Origin: Eledone cirrhosa
Taxonomy: Eukaryota
Direction of reading: 5' to 3'
NCBI GenBank assembly: GCA_964016885.1
Contig: OZ024742.1
Location: forward strand, 217,310,001-217,374,000
DNA: 64,000 nt
Shown here: positions 24,801 to 37,720 of the stretch, piece after piece
Layout: each line of letters opens with the position of its first letter
Position numbering within the stretch: the stretch's first letter is position 1
Translations under genes and position numbers: made by a program
Notes under the pieces: model-generated
Database searches by the model: none
What the model was told of the DNA's origin: nothing
Seen by the model: only the letters and a program-made list of their open reading frames with translations

Positions 24801-25193
24801 CCAATTTGTTAGCTGGACCATCTCCCAGAGTCCATCCATCATAGCAATATGATGTTTCTTGTTTTGGCCTGGGATCTTCCGGAAGCCTGTGGCGCATTGA
24901 AGGCAGACAGATGCGACAGGTTCCACATTCGACCCAACGATTACGGAACGAGTTTTCGGGTTCCGTACAAATATGGCAGATGTGATTTTCTGGGCAATGT
25001 TCTATTTTGGAACATCGACCAGTTTTGTCACATACTTCATCCATGGATATCACCAAGGCAATCTTGTTATTTCTGCCCATCCGTAAAAAAACACAATGTA
25101 AACAATATAGGTTTAGCGCACTTGATTACAATAGAAATAAAATGTTTGTTTTTTGTTTTGTTTTTTGTGAATTTTGTTTCTGTTTTCCTAAAT

Positions 25194-25228
<35 letters not shown>

Positions 25229-25870
25229 AAAAGAGTCTGCCCATGTAAACAAATAAATATGCTGCATAAGTTAACGAGATAAATGTTTGTTTATGTTTTG
25301 TTTTTGTATTTCTGTTTCTGTTTTCCTATGTATTATGTGTGTGTGTATGCAACAAGATCTGCACAAGAATATATAATTATATATATATAATTAAAATGTG
25401 TATGTGGGTTAGAAGCGAAGTCAATGTTCAGAAATATCTTACAAATGTACGTAAGATTGGCCGGTAGTGTCTCACACGAAATAGTGTGGTTTCTTTTCAC
25501 CTGTGTGTATATGCGTGTGGTATGTATCTGTATATAGATTTGTGTGTATATTGTTGTTTATAGGTTTTGTGGAGTACTTACTGCGATGCTTAAGGGATGT
25601 AGTGATTTGTTTTTTTCCCCCCGTCCATGTCAACACTTGGTTTGTTGGCAAAAATCAAATCAAATATGCTTCGTTAAAATAATTCTATTTTGAAACTGGT
25701 ACTAGTTGTCAGGGAAGAGTCAAAGTATTTGTAATAATGAATATCGTAATCCATTTGACATGTGTGTAGAGGGCTGTTTTTGGTGAAAATATTATATTTT
25801 GTTTGGTCAAGACGTGGTCAAGTGTCCTTCCTTGTCGCCATTTTTTTGTTATGTGACAATGGACTCATTG
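21877..25870 (-). mobile_element. CR1-group LINE, same family: 5' UTR, ORF1 and degenerate ORF2, 3'-deleted
   Basis: Frameshifted ORF2 pieces (23794-21891) are colinear with the 9471-12236 ORF up to the YINDID region; ORF1 spans about 25080-23854; the 5' UTR has (CA)n tracts; 5' boundary approximate. Confidence 0.9.
23854..25080 (-). pseudogene. LINE ORF1 with N-terminal PHD-like Cys cluster and Gln-rich repeats (two apparent frameshifts)
   Basis: CHIC...WVECGTC...C...WSFQCLDC across two frames; QQQQKPKIVSSSTIV repeats; IGVPE and RLGRP..KPRLIRLSF motifs typical of LINE ORF1. Confidence 0.75.
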
Positions 25871-26631
25871 CGGTACCAAAAACCAGTGCAAGGAGCTGTG
25901 GTGATCGGTGTCAGGGTTGTGGGGCTATGCAACAGTTCCAGCTCTCCTGAGAGTCATAGGGGTGCCATGTTGACATAGAACATTCCTTAGGGCATTTTTA
26001 AACATGGCAGAGCCCATCTCATCTCCAGGCTTCAGTACAGATGTCTTCCAGAAAAGGATAGTAAGTCAGAGAAAAGAAGTGAGAAAGAGATATAAAGAAA
26101 GAATTGACCCCAGTACTAGACTGGTACTTTTTTATCAATAACAAATTGGCAGTTGTTAGAACGTTGGATACAGTGCTTTACAGTATTCATTCCAGCTTTC
26201 TGTTCTCTCAGTTCAAATCCCACTGAGGTCAACTTTGCTTTTCATTCATTTGAGTACATATGGCACTTAAATTTAAATATGCCCTTAATTCTAACCCAAA
26301 TCAAGCTCTCCTTCCATGTACATGTTTTGTAGTTATAAAAAGCCAAACTTTGAAAACTGAATTTTGACCACAAATCTAGGACTGTAAAAACATGCAATAT
26401 AAAACTGTTTGTACCTCATTAAATTTTTTTCAGTTGTTCAGATATAAAGAAAAAAACTTGTACTTCTGTATTAACTCGTTCATTATAAAAATGGTTAAAG
26501 ATTAAATAAATGTTTATACAGACACTGAAACATATATTTTTGAAAAATCGTTTAACGTCTATCTTCCACGCTAGCATTACTGAATTCAATACAGAAGAAC
26601 AAATCAAAATTTTAATAAGACTTCCTTGTTA

Positions 26632-26793
<162 letters not shown>

Positions 26794-28353
26794 CTATAAA
26801 GCACAAAAAAATTATTTTAAGTAGGAAATGAGAGAGGGGAAGTAAGGAGGGGATGTGGTTTCTGAATAATGAAAATTATCTGAATAATTTGTGGAAATAG
26901 AAGAAAGCAACAAATACTTCATTTTTAATACATTTTAAAAACATGCAAAAACTATATCTAACACCCCGATGTATTGAAACTTTATTGCTCTAAATTATAA
27001 TTCAAATCTACCAGCCAAAGCCATAGAGTCTTAAATCTTGGTCTTAAATATGTATTACTATTTTAAATAGTGTAAATATTTTGGTAGTTGACTGGTACAT
27101 TGATAAGTAGAATACATTCATAGAAGTTCCCATATTACCATTACTGAATGTCAGCTCCTACACCCAGCAATAAACACTTTCACAAATTATTCCTTCCCTC
27201 AGCTACAGATCGTTATTTTTTTCTATATGTCTCCAACTTACAGAAGTTCAAACTGAACCTCAATTATATCTATCACAGCAGCCAAGGAGAAACATACAAA
27301 GGGTCATTTACAATAATCCTTCTCAATTAATAAATTAAAAAGAAAATTAATATGCTTCAATATACTGACACAAAACACCTACACACACACACACACTTAG
27401 TTCACATACATATCAAACCCAAACCTCTAACATGGGCAAACTAAGTGTAGTTCAATGCCACAATCTATGCTGATTTAAAGTGCCCATGAAAACCTATCTC
27501 AATACAATCATCAAGCTGTGTCCATGAGCACAACCTAAAAGGTTAAACTTGATAGTGTAAGTGGTTGAGTATTCCATAGACATGTGTTCCCTTAATAATC
27601 CTCAAGCAGTATCAGCATGTCTGATAGGGCTTCCTCTTTGCTCACTTATTGCTGAGGTCATGGAGGCAGAGTCCTCAAGCACACCTCCCAGCAGATCCTG
27701 TCAGAAGCAACCATCTCTAATTGATTCGGCTGGATCTCCAAGCAAGACCAACTGAGCACATGAATGTTTTCCAGCTATCTTACTTGGTGTCTACAGCTGG
27801 GTCTCCTGCCAGTTGGTTTTACCCATAAAATCTATCCAGTAATTCTTTTCCGAGATATTTTAACCACATGCCCATAGTATCAGAGCTGTAATCTTTCAAT
27901 TCAAAGAAGTAGCAGCTCTACGCACTCTATTGAGTAACATTACTCCAAAAACCCTTTGGAGGAACCCCATTTTGGTCGCTTGTATTCGCGATTGTATTCT
28001 TTCGGACACTACCCAAGATTAAAGTTACAATCCATCCAATAAGTTTCCTTCTCTCCAATTTCACTTACAAAGCTTAGACTAACCTGACAATATTATAGAA
28101 GACACTTACTCAAGCTGTGGTGCAATGGAATTAAAACCAGCAAACTTCTTAACAATGCCAATACACAGCCATTGTGCTGCATTCAGTTATTTTCCTCATG
28201 GGATTCAATTACTATATACCATGAAAAACTTCAATTTGTTGGGGGTGTAGAGGGGGGGGGGGTCTAAGATTTAAGTTATTTATCTAATTTGAATATATTT
28301 GACTTAAATATAACAGCTTTTTATATTAAAAAAAATCAAATCTAAAAACTTAC

Positions 28354-28463
28354 TTGATTGTTTGTGAACACACGGAATACATAAATATCAGCATCAGGTG
28401 CAAATCCCAGACATTGCTTTGAACTGGCAATAACACCAGCAACAAATGTACCATGTCCAAGAC
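28354..28463 (-). CDS. MBTPS1: Site-1 protease coding exon 8 (catalytic His)
   Basis: [37 protein letters not shown] contains the HGT motif; tag/GTAAGT. Confidence 0.97.
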
Positions 28464-28676
28464 CTAAAACACAAAGTATAAAAATATATTTAGTAAACAG
28501 TATTCAACAAGAATGGAATTAATATTTTTCTTTGTCTATGTTGTCAAGATGCCAATGATTGGATAATTGTCCTATTTTAACAGTAATACCTGATGAGTGA
28601 AAACTAACAGTGAAAGTTTCTTAAAGCCAACACCATAACTACTTAGGCATATGCACTTGAGTGCGCACTTAAATGA

Positions 28677-29052
28677 CATCATCATCATTTAACGTCCATC
28701 TTCCACGCTAGCATAGGTTGGACGGTTTTGTTCCACTTGAGGTGAGATTGGTCGGGAGACTGTCTCGCTCATACAGAACTGTCCCTGGCAGGTTTTCTAT
28801 GGCTGGATGCCCTTCCTAACACCAACCATATTTACAGTGTGGACTGGGAGCCTTTTTACCGTGTCTCCTACACAACCACTTCAGTGTGGACTGGATGTTT
28901 TTTGTTGTCACCGACACAACCACTTCACAATGGACAGAAATGGGAGGATGGAGTAGGGTGTGTGGAGTGCAGTGTATATTGGGTTAAGAGGTGTCTACTG
29001 ATTGTAGGTTTACGTTTGTATGCAAGGGAAGGCAGGTCTTCTGTACAACTGC
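28677..29052 (-). mobile_element. 5'-truncated copy of the long-tail RTE 3' end
   Basis: Colinear by eye with 61043-61485 (ggttaagaggtg.ctact, ggatgcccttcctaacac, catcatcat tail). Confidence 0.7.
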
Positions 29053-29970
29053 ATGATTGTGTAAATAAGAAGTTATGCTTTGTAGTTATGTAATTTTGGA
29101 GGCCAAGCCAAAATGAAAACAAAGTGTATGAACTAGACATGGTCTCCTGTCCTGCTTAGTCTCACAGCCCATCTTTCCTGTCTAACCCATGCATGCATGT
29201 AAAGCCGGACATACTCCATACCTGCTCTCCCCCAGTGCTGATGCCACAACAAAAACCACACAGTCCACTCTCTGAGGTGGTCGTGCTTGAACCACAGCAA
29301 AAATGCACATAGACTACCCTGTAAGGTGATAGTCCTGGTGCCACAAGAAAAAGCACCCATTCCACTATGTAAAGTGATAGTGGTGGTGCAATGTAAAAAG
29401 TTACCAGTACATACTGTAATATGGTTGACATTAGGAAGGGTATTTAATCATAAAAAAACAATCCAAAAATAGATCCATATGTGCAAGACATAGTCAACTG
29501 AACTGGCTAGCCTTATAATATGAGAACCCATCTAACCCATGTAAGCATGGAAAATAGACGTATGATATATTCCACCATGCAACACTGGGCAAAAGGAACC
29601 CAGTAACCAATGACATTATTGTTCCAAAATTGCAATTTAATATAAATGAGTAAAACATTACTGATGACTTTCATCCTTAAATAATTATAATGTAAAACAT
29701 TCTAGTGATGATTTCTCAACCTGGTTTTAATTAGCTTGCTAATTAGCTTGAAGCAATCTTTCTAATTGGCAAACATGTCAAATATATATAATTTGGAAGC
29801 GATTTTAGTATCATTTCATTTTTTTTTTTACTTTTTCTCAGGAGGAAGAGAAGGAGCAAGGCTACATAGTCTTCCTAAGCTTTAAGAATGAGATGCAATT
29901 TAAAGACAAGCAGACCCATACACAGATAGATATGCAGCCATTGAAAAATCGAATATATTTCTTTACAAAC

Positions 29971-30087
29971 CATCATCTAAAGTTTTTTCATGTGTCCAAT
30001 TTGTTCGATCTTTAATTCGACCCTTTTTAAAATGTTGGTGATTTTCATCTAAACCAGTATCAAATATAGCAACTTTCACTCCAGCTC
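29971..30087 (-). CDS. MBTPS1: Site-1 protease coding exon 7 (catalytic Asp)
   Basis: GAGVKVAIFDTGLDENHQHFKKGRIKDRTNWTHEKTLDDG contains the subtilase DTG motif; tag/GT. Confidence 0.96.
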
Positions 30088-31423
30088 CTATAAAAAAAAG
30101 GGTTACAAATAATTCAGAATGTAAATATGTGACTAACAGTTCTGGATTCAAAATCTACTATAGCAACAAAGAAGAATTAAGAGGAAAAATGCTTTCTGGT
30201 AAGGGACACATTTCAGTATTACCATCAAGATGATCAGTTTATAAATGCTTTTCTATGCCAATCTAAGTTAATAAGATACACAATATGCATCTGGAGAAGC
30301 TCTTGTGAATCCTAATGTTGGCAAGTATGTCATAACCAGGTCTTAATTCATCAGTTGACACTTACCAAAAAGTGCCATCACATACTACTACTGATAAAGC
30401 TAACAAATAAGCTTTAATAATTACAGTTGATTGCCAGGAAGAATGATTTGCTGTTAAATACTGAGCTCAAATTTCACCAAGGTTGATGATGCCTTTCATC
30501 CTTGAGATTGATAAAATAGGCACCAGCCAAAAAGAACTACATTTTCTGCTTAAAAAAAATAATCTGTGACTTTGCACTATTAGAAACCACTGCAGGTTCA
30601 ATAGAGTGGTAAATAAAATATCTTGTGTTATTTTTAAATACTTTTCTAGACCAATCTAGGCTGACAGGATACTCAAAAAAAGCTCTTATGTAAATACCAA
30701 TGTTTGTAAGTCTGTGATAACTAGATCTTACACCATCTATCAAAAAGTGCCATCTCCTACTACAACTGATAGAGCCAACAAAAGTCTTTTTACATTTTCA
30801 GATAAAACCATGCCAAGTTTGGCTTGCTTTTCATCCTTCTGTAGCCAATGAATTAATTACTAAAGTTGAATTAATCAACTTTATCCTCTTTCAGAATTTC
30901 GGACCTTGTAAAATGACGATGTACCAGTGTAAGAAATCATTAATCAGTTTCAGGAAGGGGGAAAGTATACTTAGTTCTTATGATACTAATTAGAGAAGAA
31001 ATCAAGCATTTGATTAGCTGAAATAAAACTGGCAGAAGCTGACCACAACCACCACCAAGAAATCTTCTGTGCAATTATTCAACTAGCAAAATTAGCAGTC
31101 AGATCTCCCTCCTACTATCTAGAAAAAAAAAGTAAGACGACACATTAGATAATGTCCTCCCAGATAGAATTATATATGATAAAAAGATAAATTGATCACA
31201 GCTGAAACACAACTAGTGGTCTGCTCAAATAACAACTGCAAAAGTAGATGGTTATAAGTCCATTTAATGTATATTATTTCATGCTGCTATGCACTTTTAT
31301 TCCTTTCAGTGATACAACCATCTGATTTGTAAACTCAATATCTCATATATAACATCATAGTTTACTATAAATAAATGGATGAATAAATATATGAAAAAAA
31401 ATTAATAAATTAGCAGTAATTAC

Positions 31424-31472
31424 CAGTAAAACCCATATTCCATAGTTCTTCAGCCTGCAAAGCATATGTAAT
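31424..31472 (-). CDS. MBTPS1: Site-1 protease coding exon 6
   Basis: ITYALQAEELWNMGFTG matches VAQTLQADVLWQMGYTG; tttcag/GTAATT. Confidence 0.93.
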
Positions 31473-32377
31473 CTGAAAGAGCAAAAAAAAAAAATTAAAC
31501 TAGTGAATTAAATGTAAACCTTTCGTGACTATACGAGTAAATTGCCTAAGTATATTGATTTATTTTCAATGTAATTCTTATCTTTTGGTAGACATGGGCA
31601 TATGGTAAACGTGGGCACAAGGTAGATGGGTGCACAGGGGAGACGTGGGCTCCATATGTCATAGCAAAGGCAATCCATCTAGGCTCATAGATTTCTGTGA
31701 TGTAAATGACCAAACCATTTGCAACATCAACTTCAGTAAAACAGCCAGTTACTTGATCCTACCAATCAAGTCAGATTCAATTTTTATTCAGTAGAAACTA
31801 GGATAGATGGTCATGAATGCTAAGTCTTTTCCCACCAAACATTAGTTTATTAGAAACATCAGAATAAGTAACAGATGAAACTAGAAACACAAGAAAATCT
31901 AAAAAAGAGAGTATGGAAGCTAAAAGATTTCTTATATTCAGAAAAGATCTATTTGGTGCAACGAGAGGTAGAAGTGAGATATAAATGCCATGAAGTAGAA
32001 ATTGGCTCATTGTACACCTGATATGAATTGAATAAATATATGCCATTGATACTAAACACAGTAAGTGTTGAAGCAAGGGTTAACCATGTGGGCCTCATAA
32101 GCTTTTCTATTTTGCCCAATCCCCCATTAACCATTTATTCCTCATCATCTTTATCCATGAATTTTGTGGTCTTCTCCTTCCTCTAATACCTTCCATATTC
32201 ATTCCTATCACTCCTCTCACTAATTCACATCCATCCTTTCTAAACAAATGACACAGCTATTTCATTCATTTTTCTTCACAACGTTTATCACTGGTTCTAT
32301 TCCCTTCATGCACTGTGATTCATAACTTTATATTAAAGATCTTACAAAATTATACATATTATTTCAAAACAACTTAC

Positions 32378-32446
32378 TTGTTTAGGAGCTGCTCTTAGTA
32401 ACTGCCGAGATTTCAAATTATGTTTTGGATAAAATAATGATGTTCC
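32378..32446 (-). CDS. MBTPS1: Site-1 protease coding exon 5 (RQLL site C)
   Basis: GTSLFYPKHNLKSRQLLRAAPKQ matches S1P SSRRLLRAIPRQ; GTAAGT donor. Confidence 0.92.
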
Positions 32447-32761
32447 CTTGAAACAAAATATAAAAAGAAATCATTAAAACAAATGTTCAACTTCAAAAAT
32501 ATAATTGGTAATCCTTAAGTTTTTGATATTAACAATTCAATTCTTCAAAATCTTTCCATGTCATACAGTACACTGGTCCTCCCATACCCATCATATCCTA
32601 TGATTTCTTTAGACAGTTTTGTAGCATGCTAAATGAAAAGAGATTGCTGCCCCTAACTCAACCCCTCTCTAAATACTGTAATGGTAAAAAAAAATAGATA
32701 GAGACATGAAAGTATAAAACAAGAAAACTATGAACCACTTGTATAAATGTGCTTAATAATT

Positions 32762-32946
32762 GTTTCTACGTTAGGCACAAGGCCAGCAATTACCCAGTGC
32801 ATTACTGGTATTTTATTTTATTGACCCCGTGAGGATGAAAGTCAAAGTTAACCTTGGCGGGATTTGAACTCAGAATGGCAAGGGCCGTAACTATGCGTCA
32901 AAGCATGGCGTCCGACCCTCTACCGATTCTGCCAATCCACCGCCCT
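32762..32946 (-). mobile_element. Young tRNA-derived SINE with 18-bp target site duplication
   Basis: tggcagaatcggtaga A box, gagttcaaatccc B box, core actttcatcc...ggggtcaataaaataa; taaatgtgcttaataatt at 32744-32761 and 32947-32964. Older copies near 26150, 43000-43300, 44200 and 59110. Confidence 0.85.
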
Positions 32947-33141
32947 TAAATGTGCTTAATAATTATTTCTAAAATACACACAATGCGAAATATTTTTATC
33001 ATCAAGTACACCAAACCCATTTTTAGATTGGTTCATACTTTATTGACACGAGAATAAAATACAATGTTGAGACCAGCAAAAATTTAAGTCAGAATGTAAA
33101 AGTATCTAAATAAATACAGCAAGGCATATCTAACAACTTAC

Positions 33142-33236
33142 AGACAATCCTTTATGGTGTAATGTTCGTGACATATGAAAGTTTGAAGACCATTCTGAAC
33201 TATTGTTGGTTGAATTATTTGGCTTTTCCCTTTTTA
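33142..33236 (-). CDS. MBTPS1: Site-1 protease coding exon 4 (variable prodomain linker)
   Basis: VKREKPNNSTNNSSEWSSNFHMSRTLHHKGLS; strong polypyrimidine-cag acceptor and GTAAGT donor; phase 1 to 0 bridges exons 3 and 5 exactly; weak similarity to WSQKWQSSRPLRRASLS. Confidence 0.85.
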
Positions 33237-33266
33237 CTGCAAACATAAAGAGAAAGCAATCTCATA

Positions 33267-33450
33267 GTGATGAGCGACAATATATAGGAATATTATTACA
33301 ACAGCAAACAAAGTGATGAGCGACAATATATAGGAATATTATTACAACAGCAAACAAAGTGATGAGCGACAATATATAGGAATATTATTACAACAGCAAA
33401 CAAAGTGATGAGCGACAATATATAGGAATATTATTACAACAGCAAACAAA
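33267..33450. repeat. Minisatellite, four perfect copies of 46 bp
   Basis: gtgatgagcgacaatatataggaatattattacaacagcaaacaaa starts at 33267, 33313, 33359 and 33405. Confidence 0.97.
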
Positions 33451-34420
33451 GCAATAATCACCAGACTTGTTGCTAGCAAGCATCAACACAGCCACTCATT
33501 AAAATATTTTACATATGATCATATGTTTATTTCCATGCTCGGGTTGCAGTCATTTGTCATTTCCAACATAAGGTTCAGACTCCTGAGATCAACTTTCACC
33601 ACTTCTTTCGTGTTTTCCTTGGTCTTCCCCTACCACAGCTTCCTTCCACTTGGATCACTTGGCACTTTTTTTACCCAAATGTCATTCTCAATATGCATAT
33701 GTCCATACCAGCTCAGTCTTCTCTCTTGCTCACTATATCAAATTTCTCATATACTCAGTTCATTTGTGCTCCTTCATGCCCTCTAACATTACACCTCTAG
33801 CAGAACATGCTTGCTTCATCTTTCCAGCCTTTGTACATTCTCCACCTATGTTTTGCCATCATACAATCTGCCCTTCACTTGATAAATATTTTACACATAA
33901 ACTTAATCTTTTATAATAGTAACAGTATTAGATATTTTGACAGTTTCATTATTTCTGTGTAAATTTAAAAAAAAACATTGTTTCCTAGATGATATAGTGG
34001 CTTGTTTTAATTACTAAACATTTGTCTCTATAATTTCTATATTAAATGTTTATAACAGCAATTTTCTTTCACTTCCACATTGAAATGTTAACTGTTGGAC
34101 AGCAAACTAGACAGAAATTAGTTCAAACTTGTTATGGATGTTGTAGTATGCCTTGAACAAGTCATATAATTCTACTTGCCTCAGTGTGCTTGATTGACAA
34201 ACAGATTCCACTCTTACTTCATTATTAAATGGTTTAGAATATAGAAAAGGTATTCAGTTTTAAAACCAGCTGTAACAACAATATTAACAATATGTATGTA
34301 GCATGATAAGACTGAGGCCCCTATCATTAAAACACCCAAGAACCTCCTATGAGAGGCTAAACCCATGTACATATAAGCCATAACAACAACGTACCCAACA
34401 AATATTTTTTTTTTTTTTAC

Positions 34421-34526
34421 CTGGTATAAATTTTAGAGATCGTGTTACCATTTTGTGTGGAGTTACCCTTTTGACAACAGGATGACTCAGCAGAGCATCA
34501 ACACCATTTCTGTTTTTATCATTGAT
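34421..34526 (-). CDS. MBTPS1: Site-1 protease coding exon 3 (prodomain, RSLK cleavage site)
   Basis: Manual translation INDKNRNGVDALLSHPVVKRVTPHKMVTRSLKFIP matches S1P HPNIKRVTPQRKVFRSLK; AG/GT; phase 0 to 1. Confidence 0.93.
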
Positions 34527-36256
34527 CTAAAGCGAAAACAAAGACAATTTTTAAAAAAAGAATGAAAAAAACATACTTAACCCATTTTATACCAAGCCCT
34601 CTTTTATTTTTATAATACAAAATTGCCATATCTAAAAAATTCATACTTAAAACCAATCATAATTTTATGAAAACCTTTTTTAAGTTATGCAGATTAATAT
34701 ACCAAGAAATGAAACGTTATTTTACTAAATTCCGCCAAATTTTTTATGCAAAGATATAACTGACATATCCAACATATGTGAGATGTAGGCTTCCAGTTTA
34801 TCTGAGAGGTCTATAACTCCACTCATGTACTAAGCCAATTTGTTGACGACATGCCCAAACATTACTAGCAGAGAACGTGGACTTTAAATAACAATGTAAT
34901 TGATCATACGGACACAGTTCAATGACTAAAACTAGTAAAAAAAAAATGTACTTCATTAGAAATATGGGCACAAAAAAGTTAAAAGAAAGGGAGAGACAAC
35001 TCTTTTTCTTATATAAATATTTTTCCATTAATTTATAAGTCATCACTCCCTCTCTTCAAAGCCACTTACACTCCCTCTTTCTTTTGTTCTCTGAATAATG
35101 ACTCTCAGCAACAAACAGTTGCCATTGCTCTCCACTCCCCAGTACTACTTTCATCATGCTCTCATCCCACTCTTCTATTACTGCCTCTCCCTCTACCAGG
35201 TTGATGACACGGCAATCACCCTGGTGTTGGTGCCACTATAAAATACTCACTAAAGTAGTAGTTCTGGTGCATTTTAGTTCATGTATTATGCTAGATTAAA
35301 ATAATAGGAGTCTCAAGATTTCCAGTATAAAGCCGTTTGTTAAAATAAAAAATTAAATTAGTTCAAGTGTGAAAATGAAAGAACAGAAGTAGACTGAAGT
35401 ATCTGTGTGGTTTTGGCAGACAAGAGTATAATAGGTGGTGGGCAACTGTTGAGAGTCGAACAAATTAAAATTTTATTATCAATCACCAGAAACAAAAAGA
35501 CAACAGAAGCAGAAACAACAGTGTTTGCTTATCACCTTTAGTCAAGTAGCCAGTTATAAGAGCTTCCAATAAAACTGTTATTGGATAAATCAGAGAGAAA
35601 ATATATGTCACAATGATAATATGTACTAACAAATATAAAAAAAAAAGGTTACTGATTTCTTTGGAATAGGTACAAATAATTTGTAATATGCACTAACAAG
35701 TATAAAATAAGCTTATTGGTTTCTTTGGAATAGGTACAAATAATTTATAAGCTAAATGAAGGTGTGTGTGTGTGTGTGTGTGTGCATCCTTGTGGTCAGG
35801 GTGTTAGTCTCAAGTATCAAGTTGGTTTGATACTCAGTTGCACATTTTGTCCTTCAGTAAGGTACATTTCACATTATGCCAGTCAACTCAGCTGAAAATG
35901 AGTATCAGAAGCAGCTGAGGTTATGATTAATAATAATTGACCTCCCATGAGTACAAGCTGAAGCATATAGACAATATGCCCCCACCCCAAGGTGGTCGTG
36001 GAGGTGCCACGGCAAAAAAGCACCCAAGCCCACACTGTAAAGTGGACGTGTAGACGCCACGAAAAAGCACCCAGCACTCACTGTAAATGAGGTTGGTGTT
36101 AGGAAGGGCATCCAGCTGTAGAAATCAAGCCAAATCAGTTCCTGTATGAGCAAGGCATGGTCAGCCGACCAGACACTGCCCACAACAGGACAACCCGTCT
36201 AACCCATGCTAGCGTGGAAGAACGGACGTAAAACGGTGATGATGATGATGATGATG

Positions 36257-36500
36257 AATGAAATTATTGTGTACAGTGCTCAGGTGCATTACAACTCATC
36301 AAAGGTGCATGTATAGTACATAGAATAATGTACAAATGTCAGAAAAGTGAACAGTGTATGAGTCATGATATACATGTCTGCATGTGTATGGAAGGGATAT
36401 ATCAGATGTAGTGTTGGTGAATTTCAAGAAGCATGGAGGTTTTAAAGGATGCAGTGTCCCGGCAGCTAACAACTGATGCAGGTAGTTTGTTCCAAGCTGT
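36257..36500 (-). mobile_element. CR1-group LINE 3' fragment
   Basis: Reverse complement matches the ORF2 end (WNKLP..VVSCRDTASFKT) and the 3' UTR of the 9.3-12.5 kb copy. Confidence 0.85.
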
Positions 36501-37568
36501 AATGGACTAGCGTACTAACTGAAGAGAACTCTCAGTTACTTATTACATGAAACTGGGATAAACTTCAGCCTTCATCCAGCCTGTGCCAGTATGGAGTAAA
36601 AAAAACGAATGTAAAAATGAGTGATGATGAGAGAATCGAGAGGTTGTGGCATTAATTCATGCTTTTCTCTGAATGTCACAGTAAATTTGGCAAGAGTTTA
36701 CTTCCAGTGATATGGAAATACCACAAAAGGAGAAACATTTAAAAAAATCTTTTACAATATTTCACATAAGATTTGAAATATCAAATAATCAATGAATATG
36801 ATGCTGACAGCTGTAGAAAATTTGCTAAACAATGGGTCAGGTGAACTCTTCAGTTGCGTCAGACAACCTCCCTAATGTTTGTGATCTACATGATAAAGAT
36901 ACCTAATACACTCTGTAAAGTGGTTAGTGATAGGAGGGCATCCAATTGTAGAAAATCTCCTAAGAGGTCGGGAGGACTCTTCAACGGTGTCCAAGACATC
37001 AAAACCTCTCTAATGCTGGTGCCATGACAAAATGCACTTGGTAGAGCATGGGAATATGAGATGCAGGACCCCAGCCAACGTGGGAAGTCAGTAGCTCCGC
37101 TTGAGTACTATCTCTGTGAAAATCCATTCAACCCTTGCTAGCAGGGAAAACAGACATATGATGATGATGAATTGAGTTTGTTCAAGAATGAATTAAGAAT
37201 CATGTTTTTATTTAAAATTTAATGTTAGTGCAAAAACTGGACTACAAGCCACAGATTCAAAAAGCAAGTAGCTAATTATTTTTTTATTCTTTGTTATATA
37301 AATCTTAGAGATGTTTCACAAGTCATCGTTGCTTTTACATCTGTTCTTACATGTTGACATGGGTTGGACAGGACTTTTTGAGACTGTTTTATGGCCTTAA
37401 TGCTAACCTTCTAAGTTGCCTCTTACAACACAATATTGCTAAATTGTAAAATGGAACAACTTGTTCATTGTGGAGTCGAACAATTACATTGATAAAACAA
37501 ACATGCTTCACAAATTCTCCAAGCAGATTAATGAAGTGTTCTAAGAAAAACAAGAAACAATTATGTAC

Positions 37569-37720
37569 CTTAACAACATCAAAATCACTAGGGTATTCAT
37601 GTGCAGGATTATCTCGGGGAAGAATCTTCCAAGAAATCACTCCAGAATCATACAAAGCAGCGTCGATGAACCTTTTCCGGGCCATAAATTTATAATAACC
37701 ATTGAAAGACACAATATACT
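37569..37720 (-). CDS. MBTPS1: Site-1 protease coding exon 2 (prodomain)
   Basis: EYIVSFNGYYKFMARKRFIDAALYDSGVISWKILPRDNPAHEYPSDFDVVK matches S1P EYIVAFNGY...PRNNPSSDYPSDFEV; cag/GT boundaries. Confidence 0.95.

Noticed and set aside
33267-33450. CRISPR-like array
   Set aside because: The units are contiguous with no spacers, the context is a eukaryotic intron, and there are no cas genes.
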